Positions 37,394-48,150 of a stretch of 64,000 nucleotides of DNA are shown here, piece after piece. The stretch spans positions 674 through 64,673 of the forward strand of contig DASYQE010000381.1 in the NCBI GenBank assembly GCA_036005805.1, in the 5' to 3' direction. The position numbers were made by a program, and so were the translations under genes. Each line of letters opens with the position of its first letter. Position 1 is the first letter of the stretch. A model generated the notes under the pieces. That model was not told the origin of the DNA and did no database searches. It was given only the letters and a program-made list of their open reading frames with translations. This stretch comes from Candidatus Polarisedimenticolia bacterium. GTDB lineage: Bacteria; Acidobacteriota; Polarisedimenticolia; Gp22-AA2.

Positions 37394-38505
37394 TCGATCG
37401 CGGCTTCGACGGGCGTGTAGGCCAGTCCCTGCGAGGTGGCGACCGCCTCGCACGTCACCTTGCCGGCGTGGACGTTCAGCCCGGGACGCAGCGTCGGGTC
37501 TTCGCGCAGGGCGTCCCTTAATCCCTTTCCGGCGATTCTCAGGATGTACGGGAGCGTGGCGTTGGTCAACGCGAACGTGGAGGTGCGCGGCACCGCACCC
37601 GGCATGTTGGCGACGCAGTAGTGCACGACGCCGTCCACGACGTAGGTCGGGTCGCTGTGGGTCGTCGGGTGCGTCGTCTCGATGCAGCCTCCCTGGTCCA
37701 CGGCCACGTCGACGATGACCGAACCTTTCTTCATGTGGCCGAGCATGGCGCGCGTCACCAGGCGCGGCGCCGAGGCCCCCGGCACCAGAACCGCGCCCAC
37801 CAGCAGGTCGGCGCGCCGCACGGCTTCGTGCACATACGCGGTCGTCGAATAGACCGTGGTCACCTGGCCGCGGAAGATCTCGTCGAGGTAGCGCAGGCGC
37901 GGCAGCGATCGGTCGAGCACCGTCACCTTGGCGCCGAGCCCGAGCGCCATGAAGGCGGCGTTGATCCCGACCACGCCGCCGCCGAGGATGACGACGTCGC
38001 CGTGCGGCACGCCGGGCACGCCCGCGAGCAGCACGCCGCGCCCGCCCATCGGCCGGCTCAGGAAGTAGGCGCCGACCTGGATCGCCATGCGCCCCGCCAC
38101 CTCGCTCATCGGCGTCAGCAGCGGCAGCCCGCCGTCGGAGTCGGTGATGGTCTCGTAGGCGATGGCGGTCGAGCCGCCGTCGACGAGCGCGCGCGTCAGC
38201 TCGGGGGCGGGCGCGAGGTGCAGGTAGGTGAAGAGGATCTGCCCGCGACGCAGCAGCTTCGTCTCCGCCGCCAGCGGCTCCTTCACCTTGACCACGAGAT
38301 CGGCGCGGCGGAAGACGGCGGCCGCGTCGGCCACGACCACCGCGCCCGCCTTCTCGTAGGCCTCGTTCTCGATGCCGCTGCCGAGCCCCGCTCCGTCCTG
38401 GACCAGCACCTGGTGGCCGTGCTCGACCAGCGCCCGCACGCCGGCGGGGACCAGGCTGACGCGGTACTCGTTGTCCTTGATCTCCTTCGGCACTCCGATC
38501 TGCAT
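37390..38505 (-). CDS. ald: alanine dehydrogenase
   Basis: Near-canonical Ald sequence ([14 protein letters not shown]...[12 protein letters not shown]...GGGVVG...[16 protein letters not shown]). Start at the ATG at 38503-38505, in TGAccATG juxtaposition with the upstream gene. Confidence 0.9.
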   Translation of the reverse strand: MQIGVPKEIKDNEYRVSLVPAGVRALVEHGHQVLVQDGAGLGSGIENEAYEKAGAVVVADAAAVFRRADLVVKVKEPLAAETKLLRRGQILFTYLHLAPAPELTRALVDGGSTAIAYETITDSDGGLPLLTPMSEVAGRMAIQVGAYFLSRPMGGRGVLLAGVPGVPHGDVVILGGGVVGINAAFMALGLGAKVTVLDRSLPRLRYLDEIFRGQVTTVYSTTAYVHEAVRRADLLVGAVLVPGASAPRLVTRAMLGHMKKGSVIVDVAVDQGGCIETTHPTTHSDPTYVVDGVVHYCVANMPGAVPRTSTFALTNATLPYILRIAGKGLRDALREDPTLRPGLNVHAGKVTCEAVATSQGLAYTPVEAAID

Positions 38506-38507
38506 GG

Positions 38508-40052
38508 TCACGACGCCGCGTCTCCCCGCCACGGCGCGGAGGCGCCGCGGTCCGGTCCATTGTTGTCGATCTGCGCCTTCTGCAGCCGTCCGGAGTGATC
38601 GACGTAGACCGTCTTCCACTCGGTGAAGATCTCGATGGCGGTCGCCGCCGATCCCTCGCGGTGGCCGTTGCCGGTCTGCTTGGTGCCGCCGAACGGCAGG
38701 TGGGTCTCCGCCCCGATGGTGGAGGAGTTGATGTAGGTGATGCCCGCCTCCAGGTCGCGCGCCGCGCGGAAGGCGCGGTTGACGTCGCGCGTGTAGATCG
38801 CCGAGGACAGGCCGTAGACCGTGTCGTTGGCCATGCGGATCGCCGCGTCGAACCCGTCCGAGGCGAGGACCGACACGACCGGGCCGAAGATCTCCTCGCG
38901 CGCGATGCGCATCGCCGGGGTCACGCCGGTGAAGACGGTCGGCGCGAAGAAGAAGCCGTGCTGCAGCGCCCCCTCCTCGAGCCGCGTCCCGCCGCAGGCG
39001 AGCTTCGCCCCTTCGTCGCGGCCGATGGCGACGTACTGCTCGACCTTCCTGCGCTGCGCCTCGCTGACCAGCGGTCCCAGGTCGTTGCGCTCGTCGAGCG
39101 GATCGCCGGCGCGCAGCGCGCGGGCGCGATCCACCAGGCGGCGCACGAACTCGTCGTGCACCGCGCCATCGACGATGACGCGGCTGGTGGCGGTGCAGCG
39201 CTGCCCCGCGGTCCCGAACGCACCCCACAGCGCGCCGTCCACGGCGAGATCGAGATCGGCGTCGTCGCAGACGAGCAGCGCGTTCTTCCCGCCCATCTCG
39301 AGCGACACGCGCTTGTGCCCTTCGGCGCAGGCGATCGCCACGCGCCGGCCGGTCTCGGACGACCCGGTGAACGACACGAGGGTCACGCCGGGATGACGCG
39401 TGATCGCCTCCCCCGCCGCGCTGCCGGTGCCGGTCACGAGGTTGACGACGCCGCGCGGCGCCCCGGCCTCGACCGCGATCGACGCGAGGTGCCACGCGAG
39501 CAGCGGAGCGTCGCTCGACGGCTTGAGCACGACGGTGTTGCCGCAGACGAGCGCAGGAATCAGCTTCCAGGACGGGATCGCCAGCGGGAAGTTCCACGGC
39601 GCGATGAGCCCGCAGACACCCACCGGCTGCCGCGTGGTGTAGCAGGTCTTGTCCGGAAGCTCCGAGGGGGTCGTGAAGCCGTGCAGCCGGCGTCCTTCGC
39701 CGCCGATGTGGAAGCAGACGTCGATCCCTTCCTGGACGTCGCCGCGCGCCTCGCTCAGGGGCTTCCCCATCTCCAGCGCCATGGCGCGCGCCAGCTCCTC
39801 CTTGCGCCGCGCCAGGATCTCCCCCATGCGAAAGACGATCTCGCCCCGCTTGGGCGCCGGAACCAGGCGCCAGGAGCGGAAGGCCTTGGCCGCGGCCTCG
39901 ACCGCGCCGGCGATGTCCTCGGCGCCCGAATCGGGAAAGGTGGCGACGATCTGGCGCGTGTCGGAAGGATTCTGATCCGCGAAGGTGCGGCCGCCTTTCG
40001 ACGGGACCCACTCGCCGTCGATGAGATTGCCGAAGGTCTTCGCCGTCGTCAT
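38508..40052 (-). CDS. aldehyde dehydrogenase, ALDH7/piperideine-6-carboxylate (alpha-aminoadipic semialdehyde) dehydrogenase-like
   Basis: [39 protein letters not shown] catalytic Cys context. Confidence 0.8.
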   Translation of the reverse strand: MTTAKTFGNLIDGEWVPSKGGRTFADQNPSDTRQIVATFPDSGAEDIAGAVEAAAKAFRSWRLVPAPKRGEIVFRMGEILARRKEELARAMALEMGKPLSEARGDVQEGIDVCFHIGGEGRRLHGFTTPSELPDKTCYTTRQPVGVCGLIAPWNFPLAIPSWKLIPALVCGNTVVLKPSSDAPLLAWHLASIAVEAGAPRGVVNLVTGTGSAAGEAITRHPGVTLVSFTGSSETGRRVAIACAEGHKRVSLEMGGKNALLVCDDADLDLAVDGALWGAFGTAGQRCTATSRVIVDGAVHDEFVRRLVDRARALRAGDPLDERNDLGPLVSEAQRRKVEQYVAIGRDEGAKLACGGTRLEEGALQHGFFFAPTVFTGVTPAMRIAREEIFGPVVSVLASDGFDAAIRMANDTVYGLSSAIYTRDVNRAFRAARDLEAGITYINSSTIGAETHLPFGGTKQTGNGHREGSAATAIEIFTEWKTVYVDHSGRLQKAQIDNNGPDRGASAPWRGDAAS

Positions 40053-40543
40053 CTCGACCCGGCTCCCCGGCCTGCGCGACGGCCCGGGAAGTCCTTTGGC
40101 TCCAATTGGTTGGAGCGCGATGCTAGCAGAGGCCTCGAGGCACGGTCAAGGCGCGGGAGTGCGGATCGCTTCCAGAAGCACCAAGACCCGGAGGCTCTGG
40201 GAAGCGCTCCGGGTCTCGAGTCTGGCTTGATCTTGTCTGTCTTACTGTCTTTCTTCGCCTGGGGTGAGGTTCGGTCGGTCCGTCACGCTGCCGGCATCGC
40301 CGTATTCGCCGAATCTTTTGCTCTCGCTCTATTAGGGTGGGCACTCATGGGATGGCAGGGGGTCTTGCGTGGGTGACTGCTCATCCGGTTTGCGTGACAG
40401 ACCGACCGTTGCATCCTTCGAACCTCTTCTCTGCCCGATGCAGTGAACGCTTGGCTCACGGCCTCGGTTCCGCCGCTTATCAAGCAATTCACATGCCCAC
40501 GACAGCGAAAGGGGACGGGTTAATGGCCGTCTCCATCTAAACC

Positions 40544-40565
40544 ACTGACCTGTCAGTCTTTTTGT
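40544..40565 (+). terminator. weak intrinsic-terminator-like element (short hairpin + T5) inside a 620-bp non-coding region
   Basis: ACTGACctGTCAGT followed by CTTTTTGT on the plus strand. No plus-strand CDS ends here. Confidence 0.2.
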
Positions 40566-40675
40566 CGTCATGCCTCAGGGGAATAACCCGCAGCTTCTGG
40601 TCAGGGAAACTCTTCAGCGCGACGAATTGACGCGGAAACGCGATGCGGGCGACTGTCCGGACTGTCCGCCGATGG

Positions 40676-43600
40676 TCAGCGCTTGCCGGAGGACGGGAGC
40701 TGGGACTTCATTTCCTTGATCCGGCTGCCGACTTCGCGATAGGTCGAGTCGACGCCGAAGACTTCGGTGTACATCCGGAGCGCCTGGTCGTACTCCCCCT
40801 GCTCCCGGTGCACCTCGGCCATGTCATAGCGCAGGCCGACGGCCTGCTGCTCGTCGAGCCCCGGCATGTCGAGCCCGCGCTTGTACCACTTGAGCGCCAG
40901 CTCGGGCATGCCCTTGTCGCGGAAGCACAGGCCGAGGATGCCGCAGCACTCGAGGGCACGGCCCGGGTCGCGGGCGGCGAACTGGAACTCGCCGATCGCC
41001 TCGTCCACCAGCCCCATTTCCTTGTAGGCAATGCCGAGGTTGTAGTGCGTGTCGAAATCGTCCGAGCCGACCTGCTGCTCCACGCCCTTGCGGAAAGCGG
41101 CGAAGATGTCCTCGAAGGTGTGCGCCTGCCCGTCGAGAGCGTCCTTGGAGGTCGCCTCGCTCTTGACCTGCTCGTCGGCCATCGAGCGATCGAGCTCGCC
41201 CGCGAGGTCGAAGAAGTCGCCGGACGCGTCGGCCACGTGCTTTTCCACCTTGAAGACCGGCCGGACCGGAGCGGCCTTGGGCGCGGCCGGCGGCGCCGGC
41301 GCCGCTTTCTTCGCTTCGGCCCTGGCGGGCGGGTGCGGCTCCCTGCCCTTCGCCGGCGGATGCGCCTTCGGCGCGGCGGGCGGCTCGATCGGGCGGTGCT
41401 TGCCGGTGAGGGCCTGCTCCACCTCGAAGTCCACGTCGTCCTCACCCGCGGCCGGCGGACCGGCGGGCGCCGCGGCCTCCGCCGGAGCTTCGAGACGCCG
41501 CATCCGGTCCTCGACCGCTTCGCTGCCGGGGAAGCGCTTCTGGAGCTGGAAGAGGATCTGCCGCGCCTCGTCCACGAGCCCCTGCTCGATGTAGAAGTCG
41601 ACCTCGCCGAGCTTCTCGCCGTCCGGCTCCGCGAGCGCCTCGCGCAGCATGTCGAGATCGTCGGATTCATCGGGCTCGGGCTCGAGCGGCAGAACGGTCT
41701 TCGCCGTCGTCGACGCGAAGTCCGGCGTCGCGGGCTTCGCGCCACGCGCCGCCGATGCCGCCGCGGGTGCGGGCGGCTGGTGCGCCCGGGCCGGGGCGGC
41801 AGCCGGCGCCTCCTCCGGAAGATCGAGATCGATCTCGAGATCATCATCCAGGTTCAGCGACGGCGCGGGTGGCGGCGGAGGGGCCGCGGCCTTCTTCGGC
41901 TTCGCGGCTGCGGCGGCCGGAGCCGCGGCGGCGGGGACCACCCGCGGGGACGCCGGACGCTCGGCGGCGACGCCCTGTTTCTCCAGCTCGGGGTGGTCGG
42001 GATCGATGCGCACCGCTTCGTTGACCAGGTCGCGGGCCTCGTCGTTCTTGCCCTCGCCGCGGCGGATCTCGGCGAGGGCGAGGCATTCGCGCACGGCGGC
42101 GTCGGTGTTCCCCTCGCTCAGCGCCAGGTCTTTCATGCGCACGTGGGCGGCGTCGTGCTGCGGATATTTCTTCAGGATGGCTCGCAGCTGCTCACGCGCC
42201 TTGTCGAGCAGGCCGTACTTGACGAACACCTCCGCCTCGGTGAGGTGCTCGCTGATGAATTCCTCGTCGATCGGCTGGCCGCTCGCGTCGGCGTCCTGGA
42301 TCTCCTGGATGCGGCTGTTGGGGCCGTAGTCCGGCTCATCGGACGCGTCCAAGGGCGACAGGTCCACGGCTTTCGGCGCGGCGGGCGGCTCGGCACGCGA
42401 GGGCGCCGGCGTTCTGGCCGGGGCCGGGGCGGGCCGGGCCGGGGCGGCGGCGGGCGCCCGGGGTTCCTCCTCGTCGGCGTCGATCTCGATGACCTCGCCG
42501 TCGTCCTCGTCCTCCTCCGCGAGGGAGATCTCCGGAAGGGACGTGTCGTCTTCGTCGAGGTTGAAGATCTCGCTCGCCTCCTCGTCCTCGCTCTGGGCGC
42601 GCGAGGGCGCCGGAGCGGACGCGGCGGGCGCCGCATGACGCGGCGGCGCGGCGGCCGTCTCGGGCACCGGGGGCGGAGCGGGAGCGGCGGGCGCCTTGGG
42701 CTTCGCCCCGCCTTTCAGCCGCTCCTGCAGCTCCAGGACGACCGGGTCGCCGGGGCGCAGCACCATCAGGCGCTCCATCGGCCCGCGGGCGCGATCGGCG
42801 TGCCCGGAGTCGATCCGCGACGAGACCAGCCGCTGCAGCGCGTCGAACTCCGAGGCGGCATCCTGCGACTTCGCCGCGAGGTCGGCCAGCTTCTGCAGCG
42901 CCTCCGGGTGATCGCCGTGCGCCTGCAGGAAGACGTCCACCATCGAGGCCGCCTCCGCCGCCTTGCCTCCGGCGGCCAGGCGATCGACGGCCCGATCGAT
43001 CCAGACGAAGCCCTCCCCCACCCGGCCGCGCGCCGTGTGGAACCGGCCGACCACCACCAGGGCCTCGAGATCGAGATCGTCGTCGAGCGACTCGCCGTTC
43101 AGGCGCTTCAGCGCTTCGTCGGCGTCGTCCTCGCGTCCCGCGCGGCGCAGCGCTTCGGCCATCAGGACCACGGCGCGGGCGCTCCGGGTCGCGTGCCCGG
43201 CGATCTCCTCGGCCGCCTGCACCAGCTCGGACGGCGCGTGGTCGAGCCGCGTGACCACCGACAGCAGCACCCCCGGCAGCTCGGCGTGCGTCGGACTGAG
43301 CTTGATGGCGCGGCGCACCACCGCCACCGCCTCGTCGGAGGCGCCGCGCGCGGCGGCGACGCGGGCGACCATCGCGTACTGCAGCGCCGCGTCCTCGTTC
43401 TGGTTGTTGCGCGCCAGCAGCTCGGCGAGCGTCATGCGGCTCTTCACGTCGTCCGGATCGAGGTCGAGCAGCCGTTTGAAGGCCTCGGCGGCGCCCGGCG
43501 TCTTGCCGCTCTTGACGTACGCGTCGGCGATCGCCTTGTACGCGCTCTTCGCCTCGGTCGCGAGTCCCTGCTCGTGGTACAGCGTCGCGAGGCGCTGCTG

Positions 43601-43888
43601 GCACTCGAGGTTGCTCGGATCGAACTTGGAGATCTTCTTGTACATCGCGATCGCCTTGAGGTGGAAGCCGTCCTTGGCGAAGAAGTCCGCGATGCGCATG
43701 AACTGCTTGAGGGCGTCCTGGTTCTTGCCCGCGCGCAGGAGGAGATCCCCGAGCTTGTTCACGAGGTTCATGTCCCGCGGGTTGTCGTCGACGAGCTTCT
43801 GGTATTCCTTCACCGCCTCGAGAAGCTTGCCGGCCCGCACGAGTTTCTCGGCGGCCTGCAGCGTCTTCGCGCGGTCGAGCGCGGGCAT
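40676..43888 (-). CDS. large TPR-repeat protein with acidic/Pro-Ala-rich linkers and internal repeated modules
   Basis: N- and C-terminal TPR arrays. The middle holds (E/D)-rich and PAAPA-rich low-complexity segments, plus a repeated EV(D/F)FY(I/V)..GL(V/L)D.AR..L module. Confidence 0.7.
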   Translation of the reverse strand: MPALDRAKTLQAAEKLVRAGKLLEAVKEYQKLVDDNPRDMNLVNKLGDLLLRAGKNQDALKQFMRIADFFAKDGFHLKAIAMYKKISKFDPSNLECQQRLATLYHEQGLATEAKSAYKAIADAYVKSGKTPGAAEAFKRLLDLDPDDVKSRMTLAELLARNNQNEDAALQYAMVARVAAARGASDEAVAVVRRAIKLSPTHAELPGVLLSVVTRLDHAPSELVQAAEEIAGHATRSARAVVLMAEALRRAGREDDADEALKRLNGESLDDDLDLEALVVVGRFHTARGRVGEGFVWIDRAVDRLAAGGKAAEAASMVDVFLQAHGDHPEALQKLADLAAKSQDAASEFDALQRLVSSRIDSGHADRARGPMERLMVLRPGDPVVLELQERLKGGAKPKAPAAPAPPPVPETAAAPPRHAAPAASAPAPSRAQSEDEEASEIFNLDEDDTSLPEISLAEEDEDDGEVIEIDADEEEPRAPAAAPARPAPAPARTPAPSRAEPPAAPKAVDLSPLDASDEPDYGPNSRIQEIQDADASGQPIDEEFISEHLTEAEVFVKYGLLDKAREQLRAILKKYPQHDAAHVRMKDLALSEGNTDAAVRECLALAEIRRGEGKNDEARDLVNEAVRIDPDHPELEKQGVAAERPASPRVVPAAAAPAAAAAKPKKAAAPPPPPAPSLNLDDDLEIDLDLPEEAPAAAPARAHQPPAPAAASAARGAKPATPDFASTTAKTVLPLEPEPDESDDLDMLREALAEPDGEKLGEVDFYIEQGLVDEARQILFQLQKRFPGSEAVEDRMRRLEAPAEAAAPAGPPAAGEDDVDFEVEQALTGKHRPIEPPAAPKAHPPAKGREPHPPARAEAKKAAPAPPAAPKAAPVRPVFKVEKHVADASGDFFDLAGELDRSMADEQVKSEATSKDALDGQAHTFEDIFAAFRKGVEQQVGSDDFDTHYNLGIAYKEMGLVDEAIGEFQFAARDPGRALECCGILGLCFRDKGMPELALKWYKRGLDMPGLDEQQAVGLRYDMAEVHREQGEYDQALRMYTEVFGVDSTYREVGSRIKEMKSQLPSSGKR

Positions 43889-43891
43889 GCC

Positions 43892-44557
43892 TCAGATCTC
43901 CTCGGCGGCTTCCTCCGGACGAGGGAAGGGCAGAGCGGTCAGGTCGTCCGGGTGCCGCACCCCCCGGAATGTAAGGCGGTGAACGGGTGATGCGCCATGT
44001 TTTCGAAGAGCTTCCAGATGGGCATCCGTCCCGTAACCTTTATGTAATGCGAAGCCGTAGGCGGGCCACGACTGGTGCAGGCGGCGCATGAGACCGTCGC
44101 GGTGGACCTTGGCGACGATGGAGGCGGCGGCGATGGGGGCGCAGGTCCGGTCCCCGCCGATCACCCCCTCCTGGGGGATGGGCAGGCCGGGCAGCGTGAG
44201 GGCGTCCACGACGACGTAATCGGGCCGGACCCGGAGCGCCTCGAGGGCCCGGCGCATGGCCAGGAAGGTGGCCCGCAGGATGTTGAGGGCGTCGATCTCC
44301 CGCTCGTCGGCCACCCCGATGCCGACGGCACGGGCCCGCGAGCGCAGGCGCAGGACCAGGCGCTCCCGGTCGGCGGCGGTCAGGAGCTTCGAGTCGCGCA
44401 GCCCGCGCACCGGCTGCGCGCCGTCGAGGATGACCGCGGCGGCCACCACCGGCCCCGCCAGGCATCCCCGCCCGACTTCGTCCACGCCGGCCACGGCGCG
44501 GTAGCCCCGCCCGTGGAGGTCCTTCAGCCGCCGCAGCCCCGCCGCCGGACCGCGCAT
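43892..44557 (-). CDS. rnhB: ribonuclease HII
   Basis: DEVGRGCLAGPVVAAAVIL active-site block; family length. Confidence 0.85.
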   Translation of the reverse strand: MRGPAAGLRRLKDLHGRGYRAVAGVDEVGRGCLAGPVVAAAVILDGAQPVRGLRDSKLLTAADRERLVLRLRSRARAVGIGVADEREIDALNILRATFLAMRRALEALRVRPDYVVVDALTLPGLPIPQEGVIGGDRTCAPIAAASIVAKVHRDGLMRRLHQSWPAYGFALHKGYGTDAHLEALRKHGASPVHRLTFRGVRHPDDLTALPFPRPEEAAEEI

Positions 44558-44570
44558 CGGAACCGACCGG

Positions 44571-44915
44571 TCAGTCTCCCCGCTCGACCAGGCGCGCCGC
44601 CTTCCCCTTGCGGGAGCGCAGGTAGTAGAGCTTGGCGCGGCGCACGCGGCCGTGCTTGGTGACCTCGATCTTGCCGATGACCGGCGAGTAGAGCGGGAAG
44701 ATCCGCTCCACGCCGATGCCGTCGGAGACTTTGCGCACGGTGAACGTGCTGCTGACGCCCCCGCTCTTCATGGCGATGACGAGGCCGTTGAAGATCTGGA
44801 TGCGGTCTTTCTCCCCCTCGCGCACCTTCACGTGCACCTTCACCGAGTCCCCGACCCGGAAGGCGGGCGGCTGGGTCTTGATTTCCCTGTCCTCGATCAT
44901 CTTGATGACGTCCAT
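44571..44915 (-). CDS. rplS: 50S ribosomal protein L19
   Basis: [13 protein letters not shown]...[11 protein letters not shown]...[10 protein letters not shown]. Confidence 0.9.
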   Translation of the reverse strand: MDVIKMIEDREIKTQPPAFRVGDSVKVHVKVREGEKDRIQIFNGLVIAMKSGGVSSTFTVRKVSDGIGVERIFPLYSPVIGKIEVTKHGRVRRAKLYYLRSRKGKAARLVERGD

Positions 44916-44948
44916 GGTTCCCTCGCTCTCCTTCGTGTTCGAAAAGCC

Positions 44949-45668
44949 TCAGTGTTTCGTTCCGGCGTCGCCGGATCCCTCACGCCCGAGCAGGTCCGGC
45001 CGCCTCTCGGCCGTCCTGCGGAGCGCCTCCTCCCGCCGCCACGCGGCGATCCTCTCGTGGTCCCCCGACAGCAGCACCTCCGGCACCTTGTGGCCGCGGA
45101 AATCCGCCGGCCGCGTGTAGTGCGGGTGATCGAGCGTGCCTCCCCAGAACGAGTCGCGCTGCGGCGCCTCCTCGAACCCCAGGGCCCCGGGCTTCAGGCG
45201 CGTCACCGAATCGATCACCGCGAGCGCCGGGATCTCCCCGCCGGTCAGGACATAGTCGCCGATGGAGATCGTCTCGTCCACCAGGTGCTCCCGCACCCGC
45301 TCGTCCACGCCCTTGTAGCGGCCGCAGAGCAGGATGAGCCGATCGTAGCCGGCGAGCCGGCGAGCCGCCTCCTGGTCGTAGCGCGCCCCCTGCGGGCAGA
45401 AGAGCACGGTGCGATCGCGGCCCGGGGCCACGGGATGATCGCGGCGGATGCCCTCCACCGCGGCGAACAGCGGTCCCGGCATGAGCACCATCCCGTCGCC
45501 GCCGCCGAACGGGGCGTCGTCCACCTTGTGGTGCTTGTCCTCGGTGAAGGCCCTCAGATCGTGCACCCGCACCGTGACGATCCCGGACTCGATGGCGCGC
45601 TTCAGGATGCTGAAGCCGAGCGGCCCCTCGACCATGCCGGGAAAGGCGGTGACGACGTCGATGATCAT
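44949..45668 (-). CDS. trmD: tRNA (guanine37-N1)-methyltransferase
   Basis: [12 protein letters not shown]...SILKRA...[12 protein letters not shown]...[10 protein letters not shown]...[10 protein letters not shown]. The upstream Arg-rich part of the track ORF is spurious. Confidence 0.9.
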   Translation of the reverse strand: MIIDVVTAFPGMVEGPLGFSILKRAIESGIVTVRVHDLRAFTEDKHHKVDDAPFGGGDGMVLMPGPLFAAVEGIRRDHPVAPGRDRTVLFCPQGARYDQEAARRLAGYDRLILLCGRYKGVDERVREHLVDETISIGDYVLTGGEIPALAVIDSVTRLKPGALGFEEAPQRDSFWGGTLDHPHYTRPADFRGHKVPEVLLSGDHERIAAWRREEALRRTAERRPDLLGREGSGDAGTKH

Positions 45669-46200
45669 GCGTTCTCCAGCAGCCCCTCGGGAGGATCGAC
45701 GGTGATCGTCCGGGTGTCGCGATCGATGGCGACGCAGATCGACCGCGCGGCCGGCACGAGGATCTCCTCCGCCTCCGGCGCGTCCGGCCGCGGCGCCACG
45801 ACGAGCAGCGGCGCGGCGGCGCCGGTGTCGTCCACACGGCGCACCGTGCCGAGGTCGCGCCCGTCGAGCGTGCGCACCTGCATGCCGACGAGCTCGTGGA
45901 CGTAGAACGAGCCCTCCGGCAGCGCGGCCAGCCCGTCCTCCGGCAGCAGCAGGTCGAGCCCGACGAGGGCCTCCGCCGCGTTCGGATCGTCGATGCCGCG
46001 GAACTTGATCGCCAGCCGCCGGCCGTACGTCTGCACCGATTCGATTTCGAGCCGGCGCCCCGGCGGGCCGCCGATGCGCCCGACGATGACCTCGCTCCGC
46101 CCGCCGAGCTGGTCGATGCCGCCGGGGACGAGGGTCGCGGACAGGCGCCCCCCCGCGCCGCGCAGGCGCAGTCCGGTCGCGACCGCGCACAGCGCGGCCA
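45665..46200 (-). CDS. rimM: 16S rRNA processing protein RimM
   Basis: PRC-barrel C-terminus ([27 protein letters not shown]). ATGA overlap with trmD. Start set at the GTG just after the KH-gene stop. Confidence 0.7.
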
Positions 46201-46223
46201 CGGGCGCCCCGGCGCCCGCCCTC

Positions 46224-46460
46224 TCACTCCTCGTCGAGGATCTCAAGCTCGTAAGCCGCATCGTGTTTCTCGGCGGCCGCGTCGAGCAGCGCCCGCATCG
46301 CCTGAACCGTGCGTCCCTGACGCCCGATCACCCGCCCCATCTCGTCCGGCGCGACGTGCACCTCGAAGATGTCGGCGTCGTCCTCCCGCACCGTGTCCAC
46401 CTCCACCTCGTCCGGCTTGTCCACCAGACGCTGCGTCACCTGCTTCACCCAGCCGGCGAT
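46224..46460 (-). CDS. KH-domain RNA-binding protein (YlqC/UPF0109-like)
   Basis: C-terminal ~78 aa of track ORF 46224..47759: VKQVTQRLVDKPDEVEVD...HVAPDEMGRVIGRQGRTVQAMRALL. The rest of that ORF is spurious. Start codon uncertain. Confidence 0.6.
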   Translation of the reverse strand: MAGWVKQVTQRLVDKPDEVEVDTVREDDADIFEVHVAPDEMGRVIGRQGRTVQAMRALLDAAAEKHDAAYELEILDEE

Positions 46461-46492
46461 GTCCGGCCGGGCGCTCCTGTTGCCTCGATCGC

Positions 46493-46747
46493 TCACGCCG
46501 ACGCCTGCGCCGTGCGCGCGCGCTCGAGGATCGACCGGACCGTGTCGGACGCGTGCGCCCCCTTCCGGATCCACTCCTCCGCCTTCGCCACGTCGAGCTT
46601 CAGGACCTCGGGGTTCTTGGTCGGATCGTAGACGCCGAGCTGCGCGGTCACCCGCGAGCCGGGCGTGCGCGCCGACTCCGACACCACGATGCGATAGAAA
46701 GGCCGGTTCTTGCTTCCCGCGCGGAACAACCGGATGGCCAGCACCAC
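46493..46747 (-). CDS. rpsP: 30S ribosomal protein S16
   Basis: (M)VLAIRLFRAGSKNRPFYRIVV..., GTG start. Confidence 0.9.
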   Translation of the reverse strand: MVLAIRLFRAGSKNRPFYRIVVSESARTPGSRVTAQLGVYDPTKNPEVLKLDVAKAEEWIRKGAHASDTVRSILERARTAQASA

Positions 46748-46780
46748 TCCTCCTTCGGGCGCCTCGGCGCCCTGTCTTCT

Positions 46781-48124
46781 CTAGCGTGGAAACGGACGCC
46801 CCGAGTTCATGAGGTTGCGGAGGTTCGGCCTCCGGCCCCCCTGGTTCGCGAGCGCTTTCATCATGCGTTTCATGGTCTTGAACTGCTTCACCAGGCGGTT
46901 CACCTCGGCGACCGAGGTGCCCGAGCCGCGCGCGATGCGCAGCCGGCGCCGGCCGTCGAGGATCTGCGGCGCGCCGCGCTCCTGGGCGGTCATCGACGAG
47001 ATGATCGCCCGGGAGCGCTTCAGCGCGCCTTCGTCGATGTCGCCCGCGCCGAGCGCCGCCGCCCCCGGCAGCATGCCGATCACCTGCTTGAGCGATCCCA
47101 TGCGCTTCATCCGGTCGATCTGGTCGGCGAGATCGTCGAAGGTCAGCTCGCTGCGCCGCAGCTTGCGGGCGGTCTCGGCCGCCTCCTCGGCGGTGACCAC
47201 CGCCTCCGCCTTCTCGATGAGGCCGAGGACGTCGCCCATCCCGAGCAGACGCGACACCAGGCGCGACGGATCGAACGCCTCGAGGTCGGGGAGGTGCTCG
47301 CCCATGCCGACGAACTTGATCGGCACCCCGGTGACGTGCTTGAGCGACAGCGCGGCGCCGCCGCGGGCGTCGCCGTCCGCCTTGGTCAGGATGGCGCCGG
47401 TGATCCCGAGCCGGGCGTGGAACGCCGCGGCCGATCGGACCGCGTCCTGGCCGGTCATGGCGTCGGCGACGTAGAGGATCTCCGCCGGCTTCGTCTGCTC
47501 CTTGAGCGCCGTGAGCTCCTGCATCAGCTCTTCGTCGATGTGCAGCCGGCCCGCGGTGTCGATGAGGATCGGCGACCGGCCGGTGAGGCGCGCCTCGCGC
47601 AGCCCCGCCTTCGCCGCGTCGAGGGCGCTGCCGCCCGGCGGCGCGGTGATCACCGGCACCTCGACCCTCTGCCCCAGGGTCTGGAGCTGATCGACCGCCG
47701 CCGGACGCTGCACGTCGGCCGCCACGAGCAGCGGCGACCGCCCCTTCCCCTTGAGCCACAGGGCCAGCTTGCCGGTGGTGGTCGTTTTCCCCGAGCCCTG
47801 CAGCCCGGTCATCAGCACGACCGCGGGAGGCTGCCCGTCGCGCAGGCGCGCCTCGGTCCCCTGCTCGAGCGTGGCCAGCATCTGGTCACGCACCAGCTTG
47901 ATGATCTGCTGCCCCGGCGTGAGGCTCTTGAAGATCTCCTGCTCGGTCGCGCCGGTGCGGACGTTCTCGATGATCGTCTTCACCACGTCCACGTGCACGT
48001 CCGCCTCGAGCAGGGCGAGGCGCAGCGCGCGCAGGCCTTCCTTCAGCTCCGCCTCGGTGAGGTGGCCGTGCCCGCGCAGGGTGCGGAAGACGGTCTGCAG
48101 GCGGCCGGTCAGCGCTTCGAACAT
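46781..48124 (-). CDS. ffh: signal recognition particle protein Ffh
   Basis: MFEALTGRLQ..., GLQGSGKTTT, DTAGRL, and an M-domain Met-rich C-terminus. Start re-set to the ATG at 48122-48124. Confidence 0.9.
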   Translation of the reverse strand: MFEALTGRLQTVFRTLRGHGHLTEAELKEGLRALRLALLEADVHVDVVKTIIENVRTGATEQEIFKSLTPGQQIIKLVRDQMLATLEQGTEARLRDGQPPAVVLMTGLQGSGKTTTTGKLALWLKGKGRSPLLVAADVQRPAAVDQLQTLGQRVEVPVITAPPGGSALDAAKAGLREARLTGRSPILIDTAGRLHIDEELMQELTALKEQTKPAEILYVADAMTGQDAVRSAAAFHARLGITGAILTKADGDARGGAALSLKHVTGVPIKFVGMGEHLPDLEAFDPSRLVSRLLGMGDVLGLIEKAEAVVTAEEAAETARKLRRSELTFDDLADQIDRMKRMGSLKQVIGMLPGAAALGAGDIDEGALKRSRAIISSMTAQERGAPQILDGRRRLRIARGSGTSVAEVNRLVKQFKTMKRMMKALANQGGRRPNLRNLMNSGRPFPR

Positions 48125-48150
48125 GAGTGTCGGCGGGGCGGTGGCGTCGC

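Noticed and set aside
40150-40216. Possible SRP (4.5S) RNA next to the hairpin (AGAAGCACCAAG ~ AGCAGCCAAGG; GGGAAG loop)
   Set aside because: The motif is on the wrong side of the helix relative to domain IV. There is no closing 5'/3' helix and no GGAA-tetraloop-capped helix 8. The resemblance is superficial.
40420-40435. tRNA-like TpsiC-loop sequence (minus-strand GGTTCGAAGG)
   Set aside because: No complementary T-stem, acceptor stem or anticodon arm could be built around it, so no tRNA is called.
40337-40540. 67-aa plus-strand ORF (and 40123..40344-, 40283..40492-, 40332..40571- ORFs) in the non-coding island
   Set aside because: Low GC3, no SD, and mutually overlapping in several frames. 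They are more likely non-coding or an sRNA region; kept as a finding rather than as CDS.
46224-47759. 511-aa track ORF
   Set aside because: Only the C-terminal ~78 aa (KH domain) are family-like. The remainder is an off-frame read across rpsP/ffh.
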